64,000 nucleotides of DNA, taken from assembly GCF_006345805.1 (NCBI RefSeq), contig NC_043009.1:31558001-31622000 (forward strand), written 5' to 3'. The first letter of the stretch is position 1. Each line of letters begins with the position of its first letter. Positions 27,060-41,069 of the stretch are shown here, one piece after another. This DNA is from Octopus sinensis (Eukaryota). The notes beneath the pieces are model-generated. The model had not been told where the DNA came from, did not search any database, and saw only the letters and a list, made by a program, of their open reading frames with translations. The translations under genes and the position numbers were made by a program.

Positions 27060-27420
27060 GTGTAGGAAAAAATGGAGATGAACGAAGATTTAACAAAATT
27101 CCTTTATATTATTTTCTACATATGTTTCGAAGGCTGCAAAGTCCCTAATTCGGATTGAATAAGGAGTCCATTTTGCAGCTTTCTCTTCAGAAAAATCCAG
27201 GAACTTAATTCTCCAACAAAATGCACAACAAGCTTTTCGACAAACGCTCATGAGGAGCCCATGAAATAATATATAAATATATATAATATATAAAACTTCA
27301 AATTTTCGCACTAAGGCACGGTTTTTATGCCCCATGGTCGTAACTTCAACCGTGCTTTTTCTGTTGTGATTTTTGCTACCCAGGTATCGGTTATCATTTG
27401 AATTATCCGTAATAAGATAA
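27060..27420 (-). mobile_element. Probable PLE 3' remnant carrying hammerhead family B, embedded in (TA)n
   Basis: HHR at 27111-27196. The upstream minus frame LLMSVCRK weakly resembles the LLN.R.E.S.CRH end of PLE endonucleases. Microsatellites flank both sides. Confidence 0.5.
27111..27196 (-). ncRNA. Type I hammerhead ribozyme with extended stem II (family B)
   Basis: ATTTTT-CTGAAGA-GAAAGCTGCAAA-[inner imperfect hairpin]-TTTGCAGCCTTC-GAAA-CATATGT-A-GAAAAT. All core nucleotides present, G10.1-C11.1 pair, palindromic stem III ACATATGT, GUA triplet. Confidence 0.85.
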
Positions 27421-27525
27421 TTCATTTATCTACTTCATATACATATATATATATATATATATTTGTATATATCTATATATGTGTATGTATATATATATAT
27501 ATATATACATATATGTTTGTGTATA

Positions 27526-27586
<61 letters not shown>

Positions 27587-27619
27587 ATATGTATATATGT
27601 ATGTATATACTTTTATTCC

Positions 27620-27950
27620 TTTATTCTTTTATTTGTTTCAGGTCATGCTGGACCACTGCCTTTAGTCAAACAAATTGACCCCAGGTCTTATTCTGTTTAA
27701 TCTTAGTACTTATTCTGTTGCTTGTCAAGCAATGGTGGGGGAACAAACAACAAACATATACACATACACACACACATATATGCATATATATGATAGGCTT
27801 CTTTCAGTTTCCTTCTACCAAATCCACTCACATGGCATTGGTCAGCGCAAGGCTATAATAGAAGACACTTGCCCACAGAACCATGCAGTGGGACTGAACT
27901 TGGAAGCATGTAGCTGGGTAGCAAACTACTTACCACACAGCCACTCCTGC
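27620..27950 (-). mobile_element. CORE-type SINE, same family as 55779-56217
   Basis: tagaagacacttgcccacagaaccatgcagtgggactgaac...cttaccacacagccactcctgca. Confidence 0.8.
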
Positions 27951-27955
27951 ATCTA

Positions 27956-28003
<48 letters not shown>

Positions 28004-28015
28004 ACATATATATAT

Positions 28016-28055
<40 letters not shown>

Positions 28056-28667
28056 TATGTATATATATATATATATATATAATATATATATATATAGATG
28101 TAGTGGATATTTAAAAATTTGGTCATCCAGGGTAGACTCAACAGAAGATAACCAATCAGATTCACATTCACGCATGTGATCTGAAGAATTTGAAACTGCA
28201 GCATTGGGTTATCCTTTATTACTCTAACAGTCTTCGTAGAGGTAAGACAGAATTTTCCTATATTCACCACCCACACACATTTCTGCCTGTAAATATTCAG
28301 TGAAGCTCTACATAGCACCGTAAACTTACTGGCTGCTATTTCTAGCAAGGATCGTACTTTGTGTACACCTACTTTATATATTTATAATTCTACCTACATG
28401 GTGCTTTATTCTTGCTGGATATTAATGTTATTTTAATAATATTTATATTTTCATGTATATATATATATATAGTTCCAGGAAACATCGCTTGGATGTTCTG
28501 TGATGCTCTGTGAGATATATTGGGTCCTTCAAATCCAAACTCCCTCATCCTGTTGATTCAGCTCAGATTGATTAAGTCCCAGCTTGCATCCCATTAGAAG
28601 TTCCCCACTGGTCCAACCCACTTTCTCAAAAACCCTCATCTGCAGCTTCAGTAATGGCATTTCTGAA

Positions 28668-28978
28668 GGCCTGTGGCTTAATGGTTAGGGAATTCAGCTC
28701 ATGATCATAAGGACATGAGTTCAATCATTGGTGGCACATCGTGTCCTTGAGCGAGGCACTTGACTTCATGTTGCTCCAGTTCACTCAGCTGCTAAAACAT
28801 GAGTAAATTCAAAAAGCCTTGTCAGATTTTGTGTCATGCTGAATCTCCCTGACAACGATGTTAAGGGTACACTTGTCTGTGGAATACTCAGCCTGTTGCA
28901 AGTTAATTTCATAGGCTGGTTGTTCTATTTATTGGATCAACTGGAACACTCACCATCACAACTGCTGGAATACCAGTT
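28668..28978 (+). mobile_element. tRNA-headed CORE-type SINE (family of 21379-21697)
   Basis: tggcttaatggttaggg...gagttcaatc...gtgtccttgagcgaggcacttgacttc. Confidence 0.72.
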
Positions 28979-29518
28979 AATGGCACTTATGTCCCCCACG
29001 CTTAATTAGGGGACAAGAAATACTCCTCAGTAATTAAGTGGATCGATTTTGGATGTTGATTGGGGTATAAGTATTGCAGAAGACATATTGTACCTGGAAT
29101 GGAAGGCAATAGCAATGGATGAGGATTGAACCTGAGATGGTAGAACAGTTTGGCAGCAGACGTCAGGTATCACCACATATGTTACGGGGCTCACACAGAT
29201 CTTCTTTCAAAAGCAGCTGGCATTTTTTAATTAACATAAATCATTAAGACATCTTTTGGCAACTGATTTTAATGAAATTTTTAAAAGTTTGATGAAACTC
29301 CATTACTCCAGAAATGGAATTATAGACACACACACACACAAATGCATACATGTACATACACACACACACACACACACATACATTTATTTTATATATGTGT
29401 GTGTGTGCATTTATATGCATGTATATATATATATATATGCAATTATTTACATGTATGTATATATACATGTATATATATATATTATATGCAATTATTTACA
29501 TGTATGTATATATACATG

Positions 29519-29586
<68 letters not shown>

Positions 29587-30070
29587 TATATATATACACA
29601 TGTATGCATATGTGTGTGCGTGTATCTGTATGTGTGTTTGTGTGTCTGTAAGTGTGTGTTTTCACATGTGTGTCCATGTAAGTAGAGAGAGAATGTGCTG
29701 AGAAGAATCCAAAGATTTATACAGGAAGAAGAACAGAGTACAATAACTGTTAATTATTTATATTAATATTATTTCATTATTTATATTAATATTATTTCAT
29801 TATCTCATTAATATATATTCAAGTCATTTATTATTCATATTAGCAATTTAGCTTAGTTTAATGAAAATAAGCAATGCTATAGACTATCAGGAGGATTCAA
29901 AAGTACATTGGCAATAGATATAAACTTGTATATACATGTAGGTGCGTATGTGTGTGTATTTGAATATATATATATATATATGTATATATACATGTAAATA
30001 CATATATGCATGTATGTATAAATACATATATGTATGTATGTATATATGTGCATGTCTATCTATCTATCTA

Positions 30071-30139
<69 letters not shown>

Positions 30140-33130
30140 ATATATATGTATATATATATACATATATATGTGTGTGTGTGTGTGTATAATGACATTAAAA
30201 GGGATATTAAAAGATTATGATGATGATATATATATGTATATCTATTTGTGTATGTATATATGTGTGTGTATATATATATAAAATCACATATATGTTTATA
30301 ATATTTCTTTCAATATTTTCTTAATTAATCTGGAGAAAATATTAATGTACCATTTATGGAATCCCTCTTAAATTAGGGGTTTGGTGATTATCTCAGAGAA
30401 TTTAATTAACACAAAGCTAATTATCCATAGCAAAATTGCAGAGCTATTTCAACCAAGTTCCATGTATCTCATACACTTCACATCAAACTGAACGTGCTCT
30501 CATTTCAGGAGGTATCGAGGGATGGTTATAATGCTATCACCTGTAGTGTTATATTCCTCAAATTGTCAGTGCATTTTGAAATGGAAATATATGTAAAATA
30601 TAGTCAATAAATAATAACAATCTGTCTGTAAACTCTTTATTTTTATTTTGAGGCAATTATTAGTGCCTGAGATCTTTGGTGATCTGCTGTGCCTGAGAAG
30701 TCCTGTCAAGTGAAGTTGTAGTCATGGCCGAGGCTGGTGGCATGTAATTGGCATGAATAAAAAGCACCTTCTTAGCATTGGGCCTCAGAAGCAACTCTAC
30801 AATGAAAATATAGTTGATTATGCTATCATTATAAAGTTGCTTCATAATTTATGCGTTTCCTTTAAATGCCAGAATCTGTGCATTTTGAACCAAGTAAAAT
30901 CCCATTAAAGAAGTACAGTGTTGAAATCTACAATATATTTTTTTAAAGTTAGGTGAAATGAAATTGCCCCAGAGTTGACTACAATCGTGATGGATACTGC
31001 ATTTCACCATGGTTGTAGCTTAGCAAGTTTGGACAGTTATGTCACTTCTAAAACAAAACCAAAATCGCTAGACTGGAATATATACAGACAGTGTATAAAC
31101 TCCCTGCTGATGTGCAATGGTCCCTCATAAGCAGAATAAATTTGAACTGTGCAATAGATGCAACTCTATAATGAAATCACTATGTGACTATAAGCCATAC
31201 TTGTGGCTATAAATACACACATATTTGCACAGAATTATGTATTTTTAAAAAATGTATGATAAAATGCACAATAATTAAAACAAAACTGAATTTAAAGGAA
31301 GCATGAAATATTTTTGGGCTTCGTTGTGTTGTCTATTCTACTATTCCAATCACTTAACTGTTGTTGGAATTGTGTTTGAGTGTGACCAAATACACCAGTA
31401 GGCAACTCTATGTCACAATAGTGCTCCTATGACTCCACTAGAGTTGAGAGTTCAAGGCAAAGCAGAGCAAACTTTTAGCTAAGACCCTGTTAAACTTCTT
31501 TTCTCTACTAATATTTTGCTTTCTTTATTACCACTCGATATATTCTAATGGCATAAAACATTACACAGCTTACATTTGTCTATTGTATAGAAAAGAAACC
31601 ATTCTGTTGACAATAGAAGAGTTTGCTGACATTTTTTTCTGTTCTATGAAAGCCTATCACATGCTGAATTCTCACTGTTATACAACTTCAAGCTATCCAT
31701 GCCATACAACTACAACAATATTAAGAATTGGTTCACTGTACACGATAAAAATGAACATAAAGTAAGACATTAAAGACTTAGCAGATGTCATAACTCGACA
31801 TATTATCTAAAAAGATAACTTTATTATGTCTAGCATATATTTTTACAAATGACATCTTTGGCTCGCTCACATGTTTACTGCACAAATGCTACATGGACAC
31901 TTCATGGCAGAAACACATCTCACACAACGTATACTATACACAGACACCTCACAATACTATAACACATCTCATACAGCATATATGTTAAATAACCATATCA
32001 CAGTATCATATCTCACACAGTACATCAGCATAGCATGGGTTTTGCTCCCTGCCAATCAAATTGGCCACCCCCTCTCATGCAGCCACCCAGTAAAGCTTAT
32101 GCTCTGCCACTCCAGTACATATTCTACCCAATCACCACAGTACCTAAACTTATGTAATAGCCTCTTGATATGGTACTTGATATAGACTGTGATGATTGTC
32201 TCCTCTTCACCGTAGGGCAGAATAGTCTGTGGTTGACTGTTTTACTACAAATTAAATATTTAGGTCTTGTTGTGTCTTGGGAGTATCATTTCCCTAATAA
32301 TAGTAACAATACACAGAAGAGACAGGAAATGTTATTAAAAAGGTCGTGAATAGCAACAAGAAGACTTTGACTAAGAAACAACTGATTGATTGTTTAACCA
32401 GAACATTAAACAAATGATTGATCAGTTTGTTGGTTAAATACTCAATCAATTAACTGTCAATAAAAAAGTGATATTGAACCAGTGCATGTATTACTATTAT
32501 TATTATTATTATTATTGGCCTAATGACCCTCCCAAGACACAAGATTTGTTTTAACACACAAATTCACATCAAGAATCTTGCAAACCAAATACAAAATTGA
32601 AGTAGAATATTTTGGTGTTTTCGTCTGAAAGACCATCGGCATTTATTCACAATCCCCAATACAAAAATAATCAGTGATGCCAGGAAGACTCTCCATTATG
32701 GCCAACACCCTTGACATTCAGTTTTACTTCTGTTGGGGAATGGAGACTTAGCGTTCTATTATTTCCTCTTATTCTTCTGCTATTAGCCATCACCCTAGCC
32801 TGGCATTTGTGGGGCTGTGCATTGATGGCCCTGATTTTGGTCATAATAAGTATAGGGAGTAATTGAATATTATTAATTAGTATAGAGAGTAATTTGATAA
32901 ATGTACAGTGAAAGAAGATTACCTAGAAGATAAATTGATGCGAGAATGTTTTTAAATTAAGAATGTAGATTAAATAACGATAATATAAATCTATAAGTTG
33001 TCTCTTCATGAATCATATTTTTGATAAAATATTAGTGCATGTGTAGGAAAATTTGTATATAAATATGTACACTTGCACACGTGTGTGTGTGTGCATGTGT
33101 ATTTATATATACACATATAGAGAATAAATA

Positions 33131-34407
33131 TATTGAGTCATTCCATAAATAATGTGCTTTTTCAATTACAAGAATTAAAATTTGGAGGGAGGTGGGATAA
33201 GCTACCTACATCACCTTTCTATAGAAGGAGGTATTAACTTTACCTTGTACTTATTCTTAGTGCAAGTTTTGAAGAGGGCAGTTAGATTTTAACAGTTATG
33301 TTTTTAAAGCTATAATGGAAGTAACAAGGGAGTATATTCAGCATATTTTGCTTTATGAGTTCAATAAAGGCAACAATGCAATGGAAAGTGTGAGGAAAAT
33401 TAATGCAGTATATGGGGATTGGACAATAAGCATAAGCCAGTGTCAATGGTGGTTCCAGAAATTCTGAACCCGAAATTACAGCCTAGATGATAAGCCTTAT
33501 CCTGGAAAATCTGTAGAGCTTAATGCGGGTGTCCTGCAAACCCTGGTGGAACAAAATCCCATCGTAACTGTTGAGGAACTAGCAGAGAAGGTTGGATTTG
33601 GTCATTCAAATATTCATTGACAACTACGTACCATCAGAAAAGTCAACAAATTGGGTCAGTGGATTCCTCACAAACTTTTCGAGTCTAATCACGTACAGAG
33701 AGTGACTGTGTGCTCTTCTTTACTGTCATGTCTCACAAATGAACCTTTTTTGGACTGAATAGTGACTGGTGATGAGAAATTGGTTTGCTATAAAAATGTC
33801 AAGCACCGAAGACAGTGGATAGGGAAAGGAGAAACACCAGCATCCCAGGCTGATGAAGGTCTACCCCCACATAAGATGTTGTTATCTGTTTGGTGTGATA
33901 TGAAAGGTTTAGTCCACTTTGAACATTTAAACCCAAACCAAACGATAACAAAGGAGATTTACTGCAAGTAGTTTGAGCAGCATAAGTCAGCACTAGAAGA
34001 AAAACGACCATCTTTGATTTCAAGACGAAAGATGTTCTTCCATCAAGATAATGCTTGGCCACATACAGTGAGGATGACATACCAAAAGCTGGAGCAGTTT
34101 GAATGGGAAACGATGCCCCACCCACCATATTCGTTGGACAGTGCCCCATCTGATTATCCTTTAATCTGCAGTCTTCAAAATCATTTGGATGGAAAAAATA
34201 TGGAATTCTGTAGAACAGTTCTGGCAAGTGAATTATTGACAAGTGAATTTTCGAAGACAGGCCTTGCAACTCTCCCAGATAGATGGAAGAGCATTGTAGA
34301 AAATGATGGAGAGTATATTTTAGATTAAAAAAGAACTTTGTTTATCTTAATTTTGAAAGATAAAAGAAATATAAAAAAACTGCATTATTTATGGGATGAC
34401 CCCAATA
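33131..34407 (+). mobile_element. Full-length decayed mariner transposon (~1.28 kb)
   Basis: Imperfect TIRs tattgagtcattccataaataatg / cattatttatgggatgaccccaata with TA at both ends and a transposase in between. Confidence 0.92.
33315..34328 (+). pseudogene. Mariner D,D34D transposase pseudogene
   Basis: MEVTREYIQHILLYEF..., WIPHKL, TGDEK, HQDNAWPH, HPPYSLDSAPSDY, C-terminal GEYILD*. Several in-frame stops. Confidence 0.92.
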
Positions 34408-34408
34408 T

Positions 34409-34450
<42 letters not shown>

Positions 34451-34615
34451 TTTATTTAAAGCAGCAGAAAATTCAACAAAACGTGTTACTCTGAGTTTCC
34501 CGTTGCCGTTCATAGATATGTATATATATTTAGAATATATGATTATGAATATCTGTATCCCTCTCTCTCTCTCTCTTTATCTATCCATCAATCTATATAC
34601 ATATATATATGTGTG

Positions 34616-34647
<32 letters not shown>

Positions 34648-35511
34648 CCTTCACAGGCATACCCATACATACACATGCATGCTATCACATACATATAAAA
34701 TCCTTAAATGAAATAAAAAGATTTTGTTTGTTTAAAACGGAATCCCAGAATAATGGAATGGATCTAATTAGGCAAGACTGAATAAGTAAACAAAAGGGCT
34801 GATTTCTAAACATAGAATCAAACCAGAACAATATTACTATGATGATGATGATGGTGGTGGTAGTGGTGGGGTGGTGGTGGTGGTGGTGATAACATCAAAA
34901 GCAACAGCAACAACATTATCAATAGTAATAACAATAGTTTGAATAATAATGAGGAGGAGGGGGAGGAGGAGGAGGAAAAGAAGAAGAAGAAGAAAAGGAA
35001 CAGTAGCAGTGACCATAACAACAACAGTATCATAATATGAATATCATGACAAAAACAGGATATACAGTTGTATTTTTTATTAGATGTGTGTGTGTGTGTG
35101 CATATGTGTGTGTGCGTATGTGTGCGTGCATGTGTATGTTTGAGTGTGTGTACGTGTGTGCATGAGTGTGTGTTTGTGTGTTTGAGTGTGTGCGTGCATG
35201 TGTGTTTGAGTGTGTGTGTATGTGCACGTGCATGTGTGCTTGTCTGTGTGTGTGTGTGTGTTTGTGTGTGTACGTGCATGCATATGTTTGAGTGTGTGTG
35301 TTTATTTTTCATTTGATATTTTTCTTAACATTTTGAAAATAAATTAATCTCTAATCTTAGCGGCGAATGTGTCCATTGATAGAGTTTGATACATTTTCTG
35401 CTGTATATCAGAAGTAAGCACTCAGAAGGGCTGGCAAATATATTAGTAACAGACACTATACAGAATAAGGGAGAAAACGATCTGTAAAAATAAAAATCTA
35501 ATACTACATAC

Positions 35512-35557
<46 letters not shown>

Positions 35558-36378
35558 GTTTAATGTCTGCTTTCCATGCTGGCATGGATTGGACAGTTGG
35601 ACATGGAGCTGGCCAACTGGGGAGCTGTCCAGACTCCAATTGCCTGTCGTGGCATAGTTCTTACTGTTGGGTGATCTTCCTAACACCTTAATACCTGTAA
35701 AAAGTTGTAAGGAAGAGGTAGAAAGTAAGAAATATTTAACGTTTCGGATGGCTACTACTCATCAAGTAAATTAAGGTAAAAAGAAATGCAAAAGAAGTTC
35801 TGAGGGTCCTTACTATAAAACTGTTTTGTTGATTCATCACAACTTGGTTTCCGTCCACTTTGTTCTTTTCTGTTTTCCTTTTTTGCAGTTGATGAAGGAT
35901 TTCTGCCCAAAATGTCAAACATTTTCCCCTCTGTCTCTCTAATAGTATTAAGTTACTGCTATATATAGTGTATTCCCTTTATATTTCTTTTTATTTTTGT
36001 TTTGTTTCACAAGCCTCTTGATTCTTAGACTGATTTCACTTTCAATAAAGAAAACATGGACCAAGCCAGGCTGAGTAGCCAGTGAGATAATCTCACTGGC
36101 AGATGGTGGAAGCTATTTAACTATGAGCTGTATGTGTCATGAAGATACAAGTGAGAGGTCCTCTTGAGTGGAAACAAAAGATGAGGAGATCTTTCTCAAG
36201 AGCTTTGTTCTATCAAGAAATGGTGAAGGACAGCAGAGCCAAACTTTGCTGATATCAGCCTTGTCTGAGAGCAGGCCCATTAAAGGTTTGTCATCATGCT
36301 GGGTGGGGGGGGGTTATTTGTTTGTCCAGTGCTCCATGGGTATTGGACAAGAAGAATAAGAGACACTACACATATATA

Positions 36379-36604
36379 TTTCTTTACTACCCACAAGGGG
36401 CTAAACACAGAGGGGACAAACAAGGACAGACAAATGGATTAAGTCGATTATATCAACCCCAGTGCGTAACTGGTACTTAATTTATCGACCCCGAAAGGAT
36501 GAAAGGCAAAGTCGACCTCGGCAGAATTTGAACCCAGAACGTAACAGCAGACAAATTACGGCTACGCATTTTGCCCGGCATGCTAACGTTTCTGCCAGCT
36601 CACC
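36379..36604 (-). mobile_element. Near full-length SINE
   Basis: Minus strand ggtgagctggcagaaacgttagcatgccgggc...gttctgggttcaaattctgccgaggtcgac...ccccttgtgggtagtaaagaaa. Fragments also at 262, 10440, 15720 and 44740. Confidence 0.85.
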
Positions 36605-37146
36605 ACTACACATATATTATGTAAAATACTCCATGGCTGACTTACACATCTCCTTTCACAGATGTAGTAGGGTGGATGTTAACCTGGCTTTTAATGCCCT
36701 TAGAAACTAAACACTTTCTCCAGAAGGAAACCTGCAAATGAAAGGACATAGTGTTTATTACAATATACATTCCCCATTTTTGCAATCATGTCTGCAAGGC
36801 ATGGCTGAAAATCTGAAAATGCCATCTGTTCTGGGTTGTACAACCTGTGACGGCCTCCCACCATCTCTCCTGCCGTTTAATCCCCCCTCTTTCCTTTTTT
36901 TTCCTTTGTTTTCTTGGTGAAGTAGTTATGGGTTTTTTCACTCAATAATTAAATATTTTTATACTTTTAATGTATTTTTCTTTGTATTTTTGTGCAAAAA
37001 TATATTTGGTTAATAAAAGTTACTGAATAAAAAAATATAAATATGAAATAAAATTTTAATAATTAACTAAGAAAGAAAACCAAGGGGACAGCTCAGCATT
37101 TCAAACTTAACATCAGGTTTTCAAATCACTTCATGGATAAATATAC

Positions 37147-37186
<40 letters not shown>

Positions 37187-37389
37187 AGCAACAGACAGAC
37201 AGAAATCACAATATTCTCATTACTGGCAATGGTTCTGACATATTTTTGTTACATTTCTGAGTCTGGATGAGTAAGAGAAAGTTCAGAGGTTGGCATTCCC
37301 CTCCTGTAGATCATTAGCACATTTCATACTTTCTGCTAATAAATTACTTAATATGTCTAAATTAACAGATGCTAAAAATCAGGCATTCT

Positions 37390-37790
37390 ACAAACTGAAA
37401 CTTTTTACTTAAATTAGCAAATGATTTCATAACATTTTCTGCATCTATTTTTTCCTCCAATATCGTTATCTCTTGGCAAAACTGCCAAAGAATTTAATCT
37501 GTCTTATGTAATAGGTTACCATAAATATATCGTTGTAAGCTTTAAGAAATTAAAGCTTCTTTCTCCTGTGGCCGCTGTAATAACATATCATAAACATCAT
37601 TCTTAATGCAACCCACAGATTTGGCATGACATCCAGTAACCTATTACCAATGATGAATCTAGCAGATTCTATTGGCAGTTTTACATCTCCAAGAAATAAT
37701 TCTTTTGTAATATCTTGTTCAGTCAGAAGATCACATTTGTAAATATTGCTAGTTCCTTGATATCTTAACTTATTCTCCAGACTTTTCACA
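37390..37790 (-). pseudogene. hAT transposase C-terminal dimerization-domain remnant
   Basis: LLDVMPNLWVALRMMF, followed after frameshifts by sequence resembling the (S/G)ERSFS.LK.IK.YL...RL..LA motif. Confidence 0.6.
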
Positions 37791-38079
37791 TTCTAATATT
37801 TCAGTTTATTTTTATCTTGTAAATTACTTACGCAAACGACTGCCGTATATTATCTGATGATTGCGAAAATAATTTAACAAGCAGTTAGATAAACACTTAC
37901 ACTTGATAAACAATTATGAAATAATTTATTTACATTTCAACAAGTTATTCTAACTTTGGCTGAAGTTCCTGATCCGAATCCTGACAAGTGATCCGACGCT
38001 CCATGCCAAACATCTGCCAGATTAATATCACCAATTCGAGAGAGAAAGATTGCAAAGCTTATGTTCGTACTTTTCTTGG

Positions 38080-38540
38080 ACAACATCACTATCATTGGTG
38101 TCATCGTCATCATCATCATCAGCAGCAGCAGCATCGTTCTTATCATCGTCATCATCATCATCATTGTCATTATTGTCATCATTCTCATCATCATCATCAG
38201 CAGCAGCAGCATCGTTCTTATCATCATCATCATTGTTGTCATCATTGTCATCATCATCATCAGCAGCAGCAGTAGCAGTAGTAGCATCGTTATCGTGATC
38301 GTCATCATCATCATTGTCATCATCGTCATAATTATTGTCATCATCATCATTATCATTATCATCATCATAAGCTTCATTATCATCATAATCATCATCATCA
38401 TCTCATCATCATCATCATCATATCATCATCATCATCATCATCATCAATGGTATTTTTATCATAGTCTTTGTCATCCTCACCACAACCACCACCACCACCA
38501 CCACTGCTACTATCAACATTATCATCATCACCGTCATCAT
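38080..38540. repeat. (CAT)n/(CAG)n compound array with an internal ~66-bp duplication
   Basis: catcatcagcagcagcagcatcgttcttatcatc occurs twice (~38115 and ~38190). Confidence 0.9.
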
Positions 38541-39468
38541 CATAGTCCTCATTTCACAACTCGTTTTCTGTGCTTGCCTTGATTGCTTTCTCCTTTCCAG
38601 CATGGCCTCTCACCACTGATTTCATTTCCCTGTCACAATCATTTCCTTTGGAAAGGTCAACCTTAACCCGCTTCCATCCATGTCTTCATTACGTCTTACT
38701 CTTCTTCTTGTTTCTCTCCACATGGATCCTCCGATGTATATAATCCAAATAAAAGCACACAAAGTTCCATTTCTCTGGACACCATGCTGGTTATTAATCC
38801 TTAATCTCTTCCTGTAATGCTCTGCAAACTTTCATACCTGGCACATCTTGCTAGTCCACTTAATTTTCATGAGAGCAGTGACAACAGAATTTACATTTAT
38901 ATAAAATGGTAACTCATAAGTTCTTCACAAGACAGTCACAGACATGGCTGTGTGGTAAGAAGCTTTTTTCCCCACCACATGGTTCTGGGTTCAGTCCCAC
39001 TGCATGGCACCTTGGGCAAGTGTCTTCTGCTATAAGCTCAGGTTGACCAAAGCCTTGTGAGTGGATTTGGTAGACAGAAATTGAAAGAAGTCCGTTGTAT
39101 ATATATCATCATCATCATCATCATCATGATCATCACCATCACCATCATCACTACCATCATCATTTTTTAACGTCCGTTTTCCATGCTGGTATGGGTTGGG
39201 TGGTTTGACTGAGGTCTGGAGAGCCAGTGGCTGCACCAGACTCCAATCTGATCTGGCAGAGTTTCTACAGCTGGATGTCCTTCCTAGTGCCAACCACTCC
39301 AAGAGTGTAGTGGGTGCTTTTTCGTGCCACTGGCACAGGAGCCAGTTCAGGGGGTACTAACATTAGCCACATTTGGATGGTGCTTTTTACATGCCAATAT
39401 ATATGTGTGTGTGTGTGTGTGTGTTTGTGTTGTCCCTCCACCAGCACTTGACAACCAGTGCTAATGAT

Positions 39469-39791
39469 ACAGTTTTGTATTTAAGAGATGAGGAATTATG
39501 TACATTATTTACATTATTTACATTTGGCAGATATTTGTCCTCATCTTGTTTGTTGTTAATACGTTTCGGCTGATATACCCTCCAGGTTTCATCAGGTGTC
39601 TTGGGGAAATTTCGAACCTGGGTTATCATTCCTAAGGTATTTTTCGATCTTATTATTATTATCATTATATTATTATTCAGATCACTGATTGGAATTGAAC
39701 TCAGAATCTTGGTGTTAGTAGCCCGCACTCTTAACCACTATGCCATATGCCCAAGATGAGGACAAATATCTGTCAAATGCAAATAATGTAC
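39469..39791 (-). mobile_element. Family A tRNA-head/HHR element with a short inverted 3' fragment, nested in a CORE-SINE
   Basis: Minus copy 39469-39752 (HHR remnant at 39556-39600 keeps CAGCC-GAAA-CGT). Plus fragment aagatgaggacaaatatctgtcaaatgcaaataatgta at 39753-39791. The host SINE resumes at ~39792. Confidence 0.82.
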
Positions 39792-41069
39792 TGTGCTGGT
39801 GAGTTTACATCCTCTAAACTCAGTGGTTCAGCAAATGAGATCAATAGAATAAGTACCAGGCTTTAAAAAAACAAGTACTGGAGTTGATGCATTCACTTAA
39901 AAATTCCAAGAGGCAGTGCCCCATCATGGCCACAGTCTAATGACAGAAATAAGTAAAATAAAAAAATTAAAATGAAAGAAACAATATACAAACACTCCCC
40001 TCACACACCCACATACACCTCACCCCCGCACATACACTTCACCCTCTCACCACACACACACACACTTTAAAACTAATATTTCATCAATGTTTAAAAAAAA
40101 CATTCTTTAATAATTTATTTTTCAGTTGGGCTTTCAATTCTTTTTTGGTTTCTGCAAGATTCCACTTGTTGCAGCAAAATAATATAGAATCAAATTTTGA
40201 CTCACTGAGAAATCACTTGTCAGGAATTATTCAAAGACTAACATGGTACGTTGCAAAAATTCTTCCCTGTCAAAAACAATAAAAAAAATCTCTAAAATGT
40301 AAGAAAATACCAACAGAAATAGAATTTTGACTGAAGGTGTATTTTTTTGTGTAATTCCTTGTCATTGGTAATGGAAGTCTTTTATCTCTTCCATTTTATT
40401 TTATTTTATTTTTGTAACTCTCCCAGGTTCTCTGTTTTACTTCATTTTGCTATTTCCTTCAGGAACACCAGACCAAGTAGTTTATCTTCTTGATAAGGTT
40501 TGTTGATTCTTGTTTCATTTATAGGTATGTCACCCCATTTGTTATCTCTTCTCTTCTTTAGCTGCTAAGCATCTTCAAATTTTTTTTTCTTTTTTGTTTG
40601 TTTTACCTTCATTTTGTTTTTATTTATTCACATATTGAAATATTTATTTATTGGAGTTAGAATTGGTGTTTGTCATATCTGTGTTTTTGTTTTTTTGTTC
40701 ACCCCCCCCCTTGCTGAAAGCTATCAACCAAAATTTTGTCACTTTCAGTGCAAAATATACTCTACTCTCTGCTGCACTGTATACACACAAGTAACTATTA
40801 TCACAGTTTAAAACAATACCAGTCAGGTTTAAATTAATCATGAGATAAAAGTGAATTATGAAAATTAGAAATATAGGATTTATTTGATATTTTTTACCAT
40901 AATTGCATTCAATTGTTTATAATTTTATCAAGGAAAATTAAAATTACCATCAAAAACTGTAATTTCTTTGTGGTAAAATTATTCTGTTCAAATGATTTTT
41001 TGATTCTTTAAAGCATAATGGTCATATGACAGTCTTCCATTTCTTTACACAGCTTTTGTATTTTTATTG

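Noticed and set aside
37849-37880. CTGATGA-TTGC-GAAA hammerhead-like core
   Set aside because: Only 4 nt between the core halves, so no stem II is possible, and stems I/III are unconvincing. Similar rejections at 28180 and 8510.
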